From the IMG/VR virus record IMGVR_UViG_3300033122_000007, positions 1 to 26,153 of that record: DNA of 26,153 nt; one strand, written 5' to 3'. The notes below the pieces were generated by a model, which was not told the origin of the DNA, searched no databases, and saw nothing but the letters and a program-made list of their open reading frames with translations. Shown here piece by piece: positions 1 through 9,082 of the stretch. How positions within the stretch are numbered: the first letter of the stretch is position 1; every line of letters begins with the position of its first letter. Origin of the DNA: a virus. Its lineage: Duplodnaviria; Caudoviricetes. The translations under genes and the position numbers were made by a program.

Positions 1-34
1 GTGACATCTTACCAATAAATTATATCTTCTGATA

Positions 35-42
35 TATTTATT
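35..42 (-). promoter_or_regulatory. T4-like late promoter motif AATAAATA
   Basis: Matches the nATAAATA motif and overlaps the stop codon of 41..412. An ATG (ATG TCA C...) lies at position 7 on the minus strand and runs off the window. Confidence 0.5.
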
Positions 43-412
43 AAAGTAATCCCTTGTCTCTATCTTCTTTTGCTTCTTTCTCTTCTAATTCCTTCTGTTT
101 CTTAAGTTGTCTATTAGTCCAAATACCTACTGCTATGATACTTAAGTATGTAAGTGTATCATCTAACATAACAAGAAAAAATATTGTTGATCCACCAAAT
201 CTGATCCACTCTGGAAATGGTTTGATTAATCTACCACCTATCCTACGAAATTGTGCTTCAAACTTAAAGTATAATATGATGAGTGCTGTGATTACAAACT
301 CACTATATGGTACAACAAAGTAGCATGATAGAAAGATAAACAGGGGCCAGTAGTGTCTTTCATCAATTTTTTTAACAAGGTTTAAGTACTTGTTGAATAA
401 TTTTTTAAGCAT
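41..412 (-). CDS. Hypothetical membrane protein (123 aa)
   Basis: Hydrophobic segments WPLFIFLSCYFVVPYSEFVITALIILYF and FGGSTIFFLVML/LTYLSIIAVGIW, with a charged C-terminal tail. Overlaps the upstream oxygenase gene by 8 nt. Confidence 0.7.
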   Translation of the reverse strand: MLKKLFNKYLNLVKKIDERHYWPLFIFLSCYFVVPYSEFVITALIILYFKFEAQFRRIGGRLIKPFPEWIRFGGSTIFFLVMLDDTLTYLSIIAVGIWTNRQLKKQKELEEKEAKEDRDKGLL

Positions 413-914
413 AATTGAAATTAATAACTAAACGATAGTCTGAGTTAGATGTAGTTGTACCTGTATGTTCCGTATGATTTGGAAATGTCACAAATCTATT
501 AGCAACTGACTCTACTATAGTACCATCTTCAAACTTAGTATATCCATCACATGTATTCATGTAAAAGATTGATGTTTTCATGTGATCTTTGATAGGATGA
601 AACTCTGAGTCTGTGACATCATGATGAAAACCATGTTCTATCACTTTTCCTTGATTAGGCATTATATTTGCCTTAATCTTAAATATAGAAATTGGTTGTA
701 TGACTCTTAATACAGGATGTAATATGTTTATCGTATCATCTACAGGAGAATATCTCTCATAAAATAGATGAGTAAATTGCATATTATTACCTGCATTTTG
801 GTCATTATCATTAACAACTTTAGATGTGTACCAAGGAAAATTCCATGCCATCAATTCCGAGTGCATTTGTTCAAATTCTCTAATAGGTAGAAAATTATCT
901 TTTATGTCAATCAT
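405..914 (-). CDS. 2OG-Fe(II) oxygenase superfamily protein (cyanophage type, 169 aa)
   Basis: HxD motif (GFHHD), TSIFYMNTCDGYTKF strand, distal His (FPNHTEHTG) and C-terminal RLVINFNY with the 2OG-binding Arg. ATGA overlap with the upstream gene. Confidence 0.88.
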   Translation of the reverse strand: MIDIKDNFLPIREFEQMHSELMAWNFPWYTSKVVNDNDQNAGNNMQFTHLFYERYSPVDDTINILHPVLRVIQPISIFKIKANIMPNQGKVIEHGFHHDVTDSEFHPIKDHMKTSIFYMNTCDGYTKFEDGTIVESVANRFVTFPNHTEHTGTTTSNSDYRLVINFNYA

Positions 915-2617
915 TTTTCAATTACTAATATATGTAATCCGTTCCACCAACTTTTATCATCTTCTGCTATCTCTGTCCTAAGTGTTCTTTCAAAGATTAC
1001 ATTCTTATCTTCTTGAAACTTCTTAGCATTGTCCACTACACCATTAAAGTTAGCATCATCTATGACTAAAATATAAGTATCCTTTGCCTGTTCATGTAAA
1101 TGTTCTAAGTTTTTATTCATATTATCACCCACTTCACCATCATAGAATATAACATCAGGTCTATACTCTTTATTAGGCAACCATTGTAATACAGGTTTGA
1201 CAGCAAATCCAACTGAGGTATCAAGATTCATCCATTTATCTGCGTTCTTGACCATTTCATCTATTGGATTTTCTACATCAAACTTTTTACCTAAATCTTT
1301 TTTCTTTGGTTTGATGACTCCATCACTAAAATCATCTATAGCATATGCGTTTACTGCACTGTTCTTAAATAATGCTGCAAATAGTGTACTACCCATGTAG
1401 CAACCAACATCAGCATATACTGTGCCACGTTCTGAACATAGATTATTTAATAAGTGTCTGACTTTATCAGATGATAATCCTAAAACATCATATCCTTCTG
1501 GATTAAACCTAGAATTGTCATCCGTTGCTGCGTCAATAGCTCGGATCACACGATCCACATAAGGATTCATAGTACGTTTCTCCCTCTTCAATGCTGATTC
1601 TACCACAGATTCACAATAGTTGCAATCCCAACAATCAAATCTGCAACTTTTAATTTTGTTTCGCCATATATTTATAGGTGCATCCTTAACCTTGACATCT
1701 TTCATATACACATCAAATTCTGGATACAATATATCTTTACCTTCATCCCAACGTTGTATCAAGTCTAGTGACTCTTTAAATCTGGTTGCTGACTCTCTAC
1801 CATGCAACTTAAATACATCTATGACATCTAAAAACTCTTCCCAATCCTCTCTCCAAGGCGGTAGATTCGCTTCTTTTAATGAATGTGCAGGGTCATAAGC
1901 ATCCCAACGTGAGCAAGATACTCTACTAATATCACTATTAAAATACTGAGGGTCACTATCTTTCCTTGTACTATTATAATGATAATGTTCTGGCATAATA
2001 GGACATCCACCCCAACAATGCTCATTTGCAAGTAAAGATAGTTTTACTGGATTACCTTTCTCTGCACAATATTCTTTTGCTTGCTTGAGTCTATCTAAGA
2101 GTGGTCTATCTCTCATCACATCACGATCAAGATTAATGTAATAAAAACCTGCACTAGCAAGTGATACTATTTCATTAGGTTTTGATACCTCTCTGAGTAT
2201 AGTATTCTTAATTTTTAATTCTGGATATTCTTTCTGTATCTGTCCTGTCATTACCCATGATGTATGGGGAATGGTTGCTATTCGTACACCATTATCATAT
2301 AAAAATTTAAAATTGGTGATAAATTCCTCAAGATTTTTTTGATCTGGTTTCACCCATATATTATTGAATGTAGCAGATAATGGTAGTTCTGTCTTTTGAG
2401 CAATATAAAATGCGTTCTTTACTGCCTGTTTACTATCATTTACACCACGAAATACATCCCCCATTGCGTCTTGCATAAAGGGTGGCATCCTCGTAGTAAA
2501 ATACAGGTCGTATATTAAATGCTTATGTTTATTAAGAAAAGGTATTACCTTATCTTCAATATCATCAGGACTTATCTTCGGGTTTATCGGAAGGGAGAAT
2601 AGATCTTCCTGTGACAT
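911..2617 (-). CDS. Peptidase-U32-family (putative Fe-S) protein fused to a C-terminal class I SAM-dependent methyltransferase
   Basis: N-terminal ~350 aa carry INLDRD, LLANEHCWGGC, a further Cys (RVSC), FKLHGRE (compare U32 KIEGR) and CRFDCWDCNYC. C-terminal ~220 aa carry YADVGCYMGST (motif I), IFYDG, LVIDDANF and WWNG. Start is either ATG 2617 (MSQEDLFSLPINPK) or 2629. Confidence 0.78.
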   Translation of the reverse strand: MSQEDLFSLPINPKISPDDIEDKVIPFLNKHKHLIYDLYFTTRMPPFMQDAMGDVFRGVNDSKQAVKNAFYIAQKTELPLSATFNNIWVKPDQKNLEEFITNFKFLYDNGVRIATIPHTSWVMTGQIQKEYPELKIKNTILREVSKPNEIVSLASAGFYYINLDRDVMRDRPLLDRLKQAKEYCAEKGNPVKLSLLANEHCWGGCPIMPEHYHYNSTRKDSDPQYFNSDISRVSCSRWDAYDPAHSLKEANLPPWREDWEEFLDVIDVFKLHGRESATRFKESLDLIQRWDEGKDILYPEFDVYMKDVKVKDAPINIWRNKIKSCRFDCWDCNYCESVVESALKREKRTMNPYVDRVIRAIDAATDDNSRFNPEGYDVLGLSSDKVRHLLNNLCSERGTVYADVGCYMGSTLFAALFKNSAVNAYAIDDFSDGVIKPKKKDLGKKFDVENPIDEMVKNADKWMNLDTSVGFAVKPVLQWLPNKEYRPDVIFYDGEVGDNMNKNLEHLHEQAKDTYILVIDDANFNGVVDNAKKFQEDKNVIFERTLRTEIAEDDKSWWNGLHILVIEK

Positions 2618-3479
2618 TGTTGTGTGCATAATCAGTTAGGACTCCTGTAGTATCAAACATTTGTGGTGTCTCATTTTCCATGAGGTGCTCGACCTTTTTC
2701 TCTGCTGCTGCTTTGATCTTACCTATGTTGATATTCATAGCAGTAGAATATGTTAATGCAAGATCGGTCACTGCTGCTTGATCTTCTGGTGACATCATTA
2801 ACATACTATCAAGATTACCTGCCTGTAATCTACCAGTTGTTAATAAATCAAGAGCAGATTGCTTTGCCATCCTTGCAATCCAATACTTATGCTCTTCTTT
2901 CTCTTCAATCTCTTTATTCAATACAGTTTCTTTAAGTTCTTCAAAGTCATATTCCTCATCAGGATTTTTTCCTAACTTCTCTTTGATAATTCTAAGTAAA
3001 CCTTCTATCTCATCCTTTGATTGACGCATTTTATTATCCCACACCTGTAGGTCAATATAAAGTAATTCTAACTCATACTCCTTATCTTGCTTATAAAATT
3101 TATTTTCCTCCTCTTCCATTTCTACCTTCGTACGTTCAATATCATTTTTCGTACGTTTATATTGTATGGTCACTTTTTGTATAGCATTGAGACGAGTCTG
3201 TATTTCCATGATCGCCTGTCTCATTTGTCGCCAAGGAGTGACTTGTGAGTTTACTACAAAATATTTGTTTTGATATTCCGTCTGCCCGAAAAACTGTGAG
3301 TCTGTCCAATCAATTAAATTCTTATCAAATTCACTCAAGTCCCAACCTTCATTAGCTGTGACTTCCATGTCTGATAATGTCTTTTCAAATGGAATAGAAA
3401 CCTTAGGTTTCCTATGTCCTTTAGAACTGGATTCCGTACTTAATTGATTCTTTTCTGCTGATGAGTCCTGTTTCTTCAT
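2565..3479 (-). CDS. Hypothetical coiled-coil protein (304 aa)
   Basis: Long ORF with an E/K/Q-rich heptad-like centre (QMRQAIMEIQTRLNAIQKV...IERTKVEMEEEE). Overlaps both neighbours; exact start uncertain. Confidence 0.75.
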   Translation of the reverse strand: MKKQDSSAEKNQLSTESSSKGHRKPKVSIPFEKTLSDMEVTANEGWDLSEFDKNLIDWTDSQFFGQTEYQNKYFVVNSQVTPWRQMRQAIMEIQTRLNAIQKVTIQYKRTKNDIERTKVEMEEEENKFYKQDKEYELELLYIDLQVWDNKMRQSKDEIEGLLRIIKEKLGKNPDEEYDFEELKETVLNKEIEEKEEHKYWIARMAKQSALDLLTTGRLQAGNLDSMLMMSPEDQAAVTDLALTYSTAMNINIGKIKAAAEKKVEHLMENETPQMFDTTGVLTDYAHNNVTGRSILPSDKPEDKS

Positions 3480-4176
3480 CCTTTGTGCACCTTCCGTAAT
3501 CTAAACATTGTTCACTTGTCATTGCTACACCAAAGTAATCTTCTAAGAATACATTAATCTCTGCTACATTAGCACAAGATTTTAATTTGGTTATCAATGT
3601 TTGTTCTTGAACTGCAAGGTCATAGACTTTAGTTTTCCATGATGCTTGCTTCTCAATCACTATAGCAGCAAAGTCTGCGGTTGTCAATCCTCTAACCTCT
3701 GCTAATCTATGTATCAGTTTTGTCTCAAAGGAATTATCAGCAATATATGCGGTTGCCTCACATAATTGATCTACCCATGTTTCTCTTTCTAAGAAACCCC
3801 ATGAGTCATATAATGTTGAATATCTTTCTTCAAATATCTCTTGAATCTTTAATGTTATTACCCCTTTCATAAAAGGATTAACATACTTAGCACCAAGTGT
3901 AGAGTCAACTGCTACCTTTTCTTTTAAAGTTGTACCACTATCATCTACACCATATTCAGATTTCATACTTCTGACTTCACCCCAATATCTCATACCAAAA
4001 CTTGCTGTATTATAGTCAAATCTTAGATAGTGTATATGAGGTGGTATATACTGGAATTGTTCATCATCTAAAGAATAGTATTCCAAAGCAAGGTTTTCAC
4101 CCATCTTTGTGCCTACAGTTGCAATATGAGGATATTTTTCTTCGTCTATGACGATTATGTCAGGATTCGTTGCCAT
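3421..4176 (-). CDS. Putative tail-fibre assembly/chaperone-like protein (251 aa)
   Basis: C-terminal pattern ERETWVDQLCEATAYIAD...LAEVRGLT...IVIEK resembles helical domains encoded directly after phage fibre genes. TAATG 1-nt overlap with the fibre gene. Confidence 0.55.
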   Translation of the reverse strand: MATNPDIIVIDEEKYPHIATVGTKMGENLALEYYSLDDEQFQYIPPHIHYLRFDYNTASFGMRYWGEVRSMKSEYGVDDSGTTLKEKVAVDSTLGAKYVNPFMKGVITLKIQEIFEERYSTLYDSWGFLERETWVDQLCEATAYIADNSFETKLIHRLAEVRGLTTADFAAIVIEKQASWKTKVYDLAVQEQTLITKLKSCANVAEINVFLEDYFGVAMTSEQCLDYGRCTKDEETGLISRKESIKYGIQF

Positions 4177-5567
4177 TAGTAATTAGGAATAGTTGTACCG
4201 TAGTCGTATTGCACTGAACCACCAGTAGTTGTACCAGATATTGAACTGGATGAACAACAGTGAGCAGAACTCATACCATCGTGACCAGTTGGGGGTGATG
4301 ATCCACCAAGATTATTATATGAATCGGTTCCATAGTTCACCTTGAAGGTATTATTGTTCTGAGCACCATTGTAGTTTCCTAAACAGTATCCCTTTCTCAT
4401 ACCCATTTCAAAGTTTTCTTCACCCATATTACCAAAGTCAAGACCTCTAACCTGTATGCCTGTAGTATCATCAACCTTTTGATTACCATTTTGTGCGTTA
4501 TTACCAGTTCCAACGTACATGTGACCGATCATAGTAGGAAGTATTTTCTTCCATCCATCACCACCTGGTCCGTGGTTCCATGATGTCCATGATTCGTTTG
4601 CCCATCTAAATCCTGCTCTTGAACCTGATCTCTTCCACCATCCCATGAGTCTACCATGTCCTCCCCATGTTGGGTCATCACCACCATCATTCTGATCAGG
4701 TGGGAATCCAGAAGTTCTCATGACCTCTGTTGTAAGATTAAATACGTCAGTTCTTGCATTACCACCACCATGTAAGTAAGAATATCCTCCTGCAAATACA
4801 TGATCTTGGAATGAACCCATAGATGCTCTATTTACTGTCATATCCCATGCAGATTGATGAGCTATACCTGCTTCATTTGTCATACTAAAACCAGAGGTAT
4901 ATGTTGATGATCCTCTGTATGTGTTCTCCATTGAGTGATAGAAGTGTCTCCTATCATTCCATGATCCAGACATATATGCACCTGATCTGTCTAGTGTATC
5001 TCCTAAGTTTGTTGATGTATCAGTAGCATGAACTGTTCTATTAACATTACTCCAAGGTGACCCTGATCTATATCCTCCTCCTACATATCCATGTGTCCAA
5101 ATTCTTGCCATTGACCAATCGGTATCTGTACCATCCAAAGACCAAAATGCGTTTGTACCATCAGATTTAAGTGAAGCATTAACTGAATAGTCATCACTAT
5201 ATCTACTTGTACTCTGTGTCGGTATTCCACCTGCACCTGCAATAGGTCCCCACTCTGTGACATTTGTAGTAGAGTTATGTGCGTATCCTTCAAAGGTTCG
5301 ATCGGTACTATTGTAGCGGAACATACCTTCTACTGCCGATCCTGGTCTCTGTACTGTAGTTCCTACAGGAACTATCATACCATCTGTATTTGCAATATCG
5401 AGACTTACCCTCGGTGAGGTAGTTCCAATACCAACTCGATTATTAGCAGAATCTATGTAAAAAGTTCCTGAGTCAAAATTAAAATTTCCATTAGAAACCA
5501 ACTGAAACTCAGCAGTACCACCACCGCCACTCAGAGAAACAACTTTATCAACATTTAATTGAGACAT
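4176..5567 (-). CDS. Tail-fibre-like protein with putative beta-propeller (Kelch-like) head (463 aa)
   Basis: MSQLNV start, NRVGIGTTSP fibre motif and PVGTTVQRP...GMFRYNST...FEGY module. C-terminal Gly/aromatic blade-like repeats (HGYVGGGY, YSYLHGGG, HMYVGTG, KGYCLGNY). Confidence 0.72.
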   Translation of the reverse strand: MSQLNVDKVVSLSGGGGTAEFQLVSNGNFNFDSGTFYIDSANNRVGIGTTSPRVSLDIANTDGMIVPVGTTVQRPGSAVEGMFRYNSTDRTFEGYAHNSTTNVTEWGPIAGAGGIPTQSTSRYSDDYSVNASLKSDGTNAFWSLDGTDTDWSMARIWTHGYVGGGYRSGSPWSNVNRTVHATDTSTNLGDTLDRSGAYMSGSWNDRRHFYHSMENTYRGSSTYTSGFSMTNEAGIAHQSAWDMTVNRASMGSFQDHVFAGGYSYLHGGGNARTDVFNLTTEVMRTSGFPPDQNDGGDDPTWGGHGRLMGWWKRSGSRAGFRWANESWTSWNHGPGGDGWKKILPTMIGHMYVGTGNNAQNGNQKVDDTTGIQVRGLDFGNMGEENFEMGMRKGYCLGNYNGAQNNNTFKVNYGTDSYNNLGGSSPPTGHDGMSSAHCCSSSSISGTTTGGSVQYDYGTTIPNY

Positions 5568-5589
5568 TTCAGTATTTTATCCTTCGTAT

Positions 5590-5597
5590 TATTTATC
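5590..5597 (-). promoter_or_regulatory. T4-like late promoter motif GATAAATA
   Basis: Sits in the short intergenic gap, followed by an AAGGA RBS and the ATG at 5567. Confidence 0.65.
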
Positions 5598-6618
5598 AGA
5601 TACCGTACGTATCTTTGTAGTAATCATAAATTTGTTGCCTTTCTGCCTGTGTAATATGTCTATTATAGACCATAAAGACACCAAAACCACCTGCATTTTG
5701 AGATGAACTATGAGGATTTCGACTACTATCACCCCATGCACCTATGTGGTGGAATCCTCTTGCAAATCTACTATTGCTACTATTGATAGTAGCACGAGCA
5801 TTTGCTTCATCCTTGAAAAAACATTGATAGTTAGGAGAGTATTGTCCAGATTCATATGAAGATAATCTCCATGTGTACATATTTAATTTAGTATCCCAGT
5901 CAGGAAACTGGTTAATATCATATCCAGTATCATTAAAACCATTACCACCATTATCATACATACCAAGATTCTTTGTACCATCCTGTACAATGATATGATG
6001 GTCACTATTTCTTGATCTCAATGGTGTTCTCCATTGACTATCAGAGGTTCTCCATTTTAAGAAAAAGATGACAGATAAATGAGGAAAATAAGGTGTATCT
6101 GTATAATTACCCTGTGAAACTAATTTAGCACAACCAGAACCATTTTCAGAAAAATCCATATATTTGACAACTTGACCATTAATATTGTCCTGAGCATATC
6201 TATCTGTAGGTATGGCAGTATGGAAATTATTTCCACTTATATCATACCAGTAGTTTGCATCTTGATCACTTGCCTGAGGTTTTAATGATCTTTCATTATT
6301 AGCATCTAACCACATGAATAATCCCTTACGAGGTACATCAGTAGTTGTAGAAGAAGCAGTTGAAGTTGCACTCTTCATCAAGTTTACCCATACAGTACCA
6401 TTATATCCCTCTACAGTTTGTTCAGTTGTATTATAACGTATCTGTCCTGCGTCTGGTGCTGAAGGTCTATCTGCTGTTGATCCTGCAGGTAATATTAAAC
6501 CAGAATCAGGGTCAGCAGCATAACCACCTCTTATTAATAAATTGGCACTAGGAGCAAAACGAATCTCAAAATTATGATCCGAGTTTGCTACTAATTGTTC
6601 TACTCTTAATGTACTCAT
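5596..6618 (-). CDS. Tail-fibre-like protein with concanavalin A/LamG-like head (340 aa)
   Basis: True start is probably ATG 6618 (MSTLRV; ATGA overlap with the upstream stop), not 6705. Contains LPAGSTADRP...GQIRYNTT...EGYNGTVW, then GLFMWLDA...WYDISGNN...VFMVYNRHITQAE, typical of phage LamG-like domains. Confidence 0.78.
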   Translation of the reverse strand: MSTLRVEQLVANSDHNFEIRFAPSANLLIRGGYAADPDSGLILPAGSTADRPSAPDAGQIRYNTTEQTVEGYNGTVWVNLMKSATSTASSTTTDVPRKGLFMWLDANNERSLKPQASDQDANYWYDISGNNFHTAIPTDRYAQDNINGQVVKYMDFSENGSGCAKLVSQGNYTDTPYFPHLSVIFFLKWRTSDSQWRTPLRSRNSDHHIIVQDGTKNLGMYDNGGNGFNDTGYDINQFPDWDTKLNMYTWRLSSYESGQYSPNYQCFFKDEANARATINSSNSRFARGFHHIGAWGDSSRNPHSSSQNAGGFGVFMVYNRHITQAERQQIYDYYKDTYGI

Positions 6619-7664
6619 CTTACAAAGAAATAACCTGGATGACCTTGACCACTGGCAGGACCTGAACCATAGATACCTGCTGAGGTAGTACCAGTATAAC
6701 CCCACAGAACTCTATTATTACTATAACGAGATGTCTGATTGCTAGATGGATTTGAGTGATAATCAAATATTTTATAATTGTTATCATATAATCTAATATG
6801 CTCCCATCCGCCAGGTTGCTCCCAGTTGTAAGGATATACATGAGAGACTCTAAAGTTTCCTTCTCGTCTGTCACCCTGACGACTATCCCCACCAGTATTT
6901 AACGCACTATGATATTGAATACCGCCACGATATTTAATGAATGAGGCATAGTTCCATTCATCATTTGCTACTGTACCACCATTGTATGTATCATATACAC
7001 CGCCTGGTGGTTGTGTATTATTCTTTGCTAGTCTTACATTTATTGTCTCTTCACCGCCATTAGCTCTTGAACATACATCACGAATGAATGTATCAGCATA
7101 CTTCCTACCATTTGTTTCACTGTAATAATTACCAGATACAGGAACATATTGTGCTGTCACACCATCAATTGTTTGAGAATATAAATTATCTGCTTCAAAT
7201 ATTCCGTAATGATTAGTTGATGACGATCCTGCAGTCATAACACATACCCATCCACCATCATAATTATCACAATCAACATAACAATATGTTGGAGAATCAT
7301 ATCCTATGGGTTGTATCCAATAATAACCAGAGGGTCTACCTGCCTGTTTTATTGCTCTACCATTTCTAGCAGGTGTACTATAATTACCTGCAGTATTACC
7401 TGCTGAACCTGCAACTCCTACACTTATCCATGTGCTGTTATTATAAACTTCAAATGAAGCAGTTGTAGTATTAAATCTTATTTGTCCTACCTTACTATTA
7501 GATACACTAGGTCTTTCTGCAGTTGTGCCAGTAGGAACTCTGTGTGCACCTCTATGAGCAAACTTCAGAGTACCTTCAATCTCTAGGGTATGTCCAGTCG
7601 AAACATTGACCTGATCTACAGTTTGCGGAGTACCGCCCATTTGACTGACGTTTAATTGACTCAT
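6615..7664 (-). CDS. Tail-fibre-like protein with fibrinogen C-terminal-like head (349 aa)
   Basis: MSQLNV start and VPTGTTAERP...GQIRFNTT...FEVYN module. PARNGRAIK...SGYYWIQP...CYVDCDNYDGGWVCVM matches the fibrinogen-like G.YWI...Y.D....GGW signature. Confidence 0.78.
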   Translation of the reverse strand: MSQLNVSQMGGTPQTVDQVNVSTGHTLEIEGTLKFAHRGAHRVPTGTTAERPSVSNSKVGQIRFNTTTASFEVYNNSTWISVGVAGSAGNTAGNYSTPARNGRAIKQAGRPSGYYWIQPIGYDSPTYCYVDCDNYDGGWVCVMTAGSSSTNHYGIFEADNLYSQTIDGVTAQYVPVSGNYYSETNGRKYADTFIRDVCSRANGGEETINVRLAKNNTQPPGGVYDTYNGGTVANDEWNYASFIKYRGGIQYHSALNTGGDSRQGDRREGNFRVSHVYPYNWEQPGGWEHIRLYDNNYKIFDYHSNPSSNQTSRYSNNRVLWGYTGTTSAGIYGSGPASGQGHPGYFFVR

Positions 7665-7666
7665 GT

Positions 7667-9082
7667 TTATGTTTTATCAAATGTTAATGGATATGCTGCC
7701 CATCCACCTTGAGTTCCTACTGAAGGATATGCAAGTGCAGAGGAATTAATATCGACCATTTCAAGCATATACCAACGATAACCTGCTGTGTTATTAAAAG
7801 ATCTAGATACTTGTCCTCCTTCACTACCAGAACCTGATCCACCAAAGTGAAGTCTATCAAGATATGTCCAAAGATTTGCTGTCTGAGTAAAGTTTCCACG
7901 ATGAACATCTTGGTTAGATCCCCAGACGTTTACATTACCAACCATGTTTGCATGTTTATACCATCTGATTCTATTTAACACTTGTCCAAAATCCCACTCA
8001 GTCACCTTAACTGCAAAAAACTGTGGCCAGTTGACATTACCTGGACTGCTATGTCCTGTATGAAATGCAAAATCATTACTATCTGTTGATGAAACATACT
8101 CTAAGAATGAACGTGTATTAGTTGTTGCACTTAAAGTTTCATCACCAGTTGTACCATCATTATATCTTAATCCTTCAAATAGTATTGGATTTTCTGTTCC
8201 TGTGACTCCTTGATGATTTGTGTTTATTGCTCCCTCTGCTACAGTAAATCCTCCACCTGTACCAATAGTACCGACTGCTCCTGCTACATTTGTAGTTCCT
8301 GCCTCATTTACCCATACATTATCCTTATATAATCTTAATCCTTGTGTCTCAGCATTATACTGAATACTACCAGTTTCATGTGGTGAATCTTCTTTTGCAG
8401 TATCAGCACCACCATCAGCAAATGTTGATGCACTTGCTCCTCTTTCTAGTTGTGCTCCTACCCACCATATACTTCCACCGTTATGTCCACTATCAGGACC
8501 ACCAACTCTAACTTGAAGATTAGTGGTACTAGCACTACTTAGTGTTCTTGTTATTGAAAATCTTGTCCATGTTGTTGGTATAGTAATAGCGGTATTATGT
8601 GCGACTGTATAACTTCCACTATCAGGGCATTCAAAAAGATACAACTCACAATTACTTTGAGTTCCAGATGCTTTTGCGTATATACTAAAAGTCCACTGTT
8701 GTCCTTGAGCAGCAGGGCAAACATTATATGCTGATGAATTATATGTATTTGTATATGAATCATTACCAGTAGTGACCATCTTTAATGGCACTCCACCTAT
8801 ACCTGTAGGACCTGCTGTTCCAGTATCTCTAGTTAATGTACATCTAACACCGCTATTCCATCCTACATTAGTAGCATCATTAGGATTTGGTGTGAATAAA
8901 TCTAAAGGATAGAATTTATGGGCAAGAAAATTTTTTGAACCATATACAGGTAAATCCTGATATGACTGTGAGGTTAAAAATCTAACATCACCCTCATGTG
9001 ATATAGTAGATTCTTTGGTAAGAGTAATCTTAAAACCAGAATTACTTGTACCTTGTAAATATCCAACGTTTAGTTGACCCAT
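7667..9082 (-). CDS. Tail-fibre-like protein with CBM-like jelly-roll domain and discoidin/F5-8-like C-terminal domain (471 aa)
   Basis: MGQLNV start. WTFSIYAK...TTWTRFSIT...WWVGAQLERG is the CBM-like phage tail domain; C-terminal NVWGSN...WTYL...YRWYML pattern. Confidence 0.7.
   Translation of the reverse strand: MGQLNVGYLQGTSNSGFKITLTKESTISHEGDVRFLTSQSYQDLPVYGSKNFLAHKFYPLDLFTPNPNDATNVGWNSGVRCTLTRDTGTAGPTGIGGVPLKMVTTGNDSYTNTYNSSAYNVCPAAQGQQWTFSIYAKASGTQSNCELYLFECPDSGSYTVAHNTAITIPTTWTRFSITRTLSSASTTNLQVRVGGPDSGHNGGSIWWVGAQLERGASASTFADGGADTAKEDSPHETGSIQYNAETQGLRLYKDNVWVNEAGTTNVAGAVGTIGTGGGFTVAEGAINTNHQGVTGTENPILFEGLRYNDGTTGDETLSATTNTRSFLEYVSSTDSNDFAFHTGHSSPGNVNWPQFFAVKVTEWDFGQVLNRIRWYKHANMVGNVNVWGSNQDVHRGNFTQTANLWTYLDRLHFGGSGSGSEGGQVSRSFNNTAGYRWYMLEMVDINSSALAYPSVGTQGGWAAYPLTFDKT

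Noticed and set aside
1613-1645. Radical SAM assignment from CxxxCxxC
   Set aside because: The motif lies at the C-terminal end of the domain as part of a four-Cys cluster, and the upstream motifs fit the U32 family rather than a radical SAM barrel.
6619-6705. Upstream extension of the LamG fibre ORF (start 6705)
   Set aside because: It overlaps the previous gene; ATG 6618 gives an ATGA junction and an N-terminus matching its paralogues.
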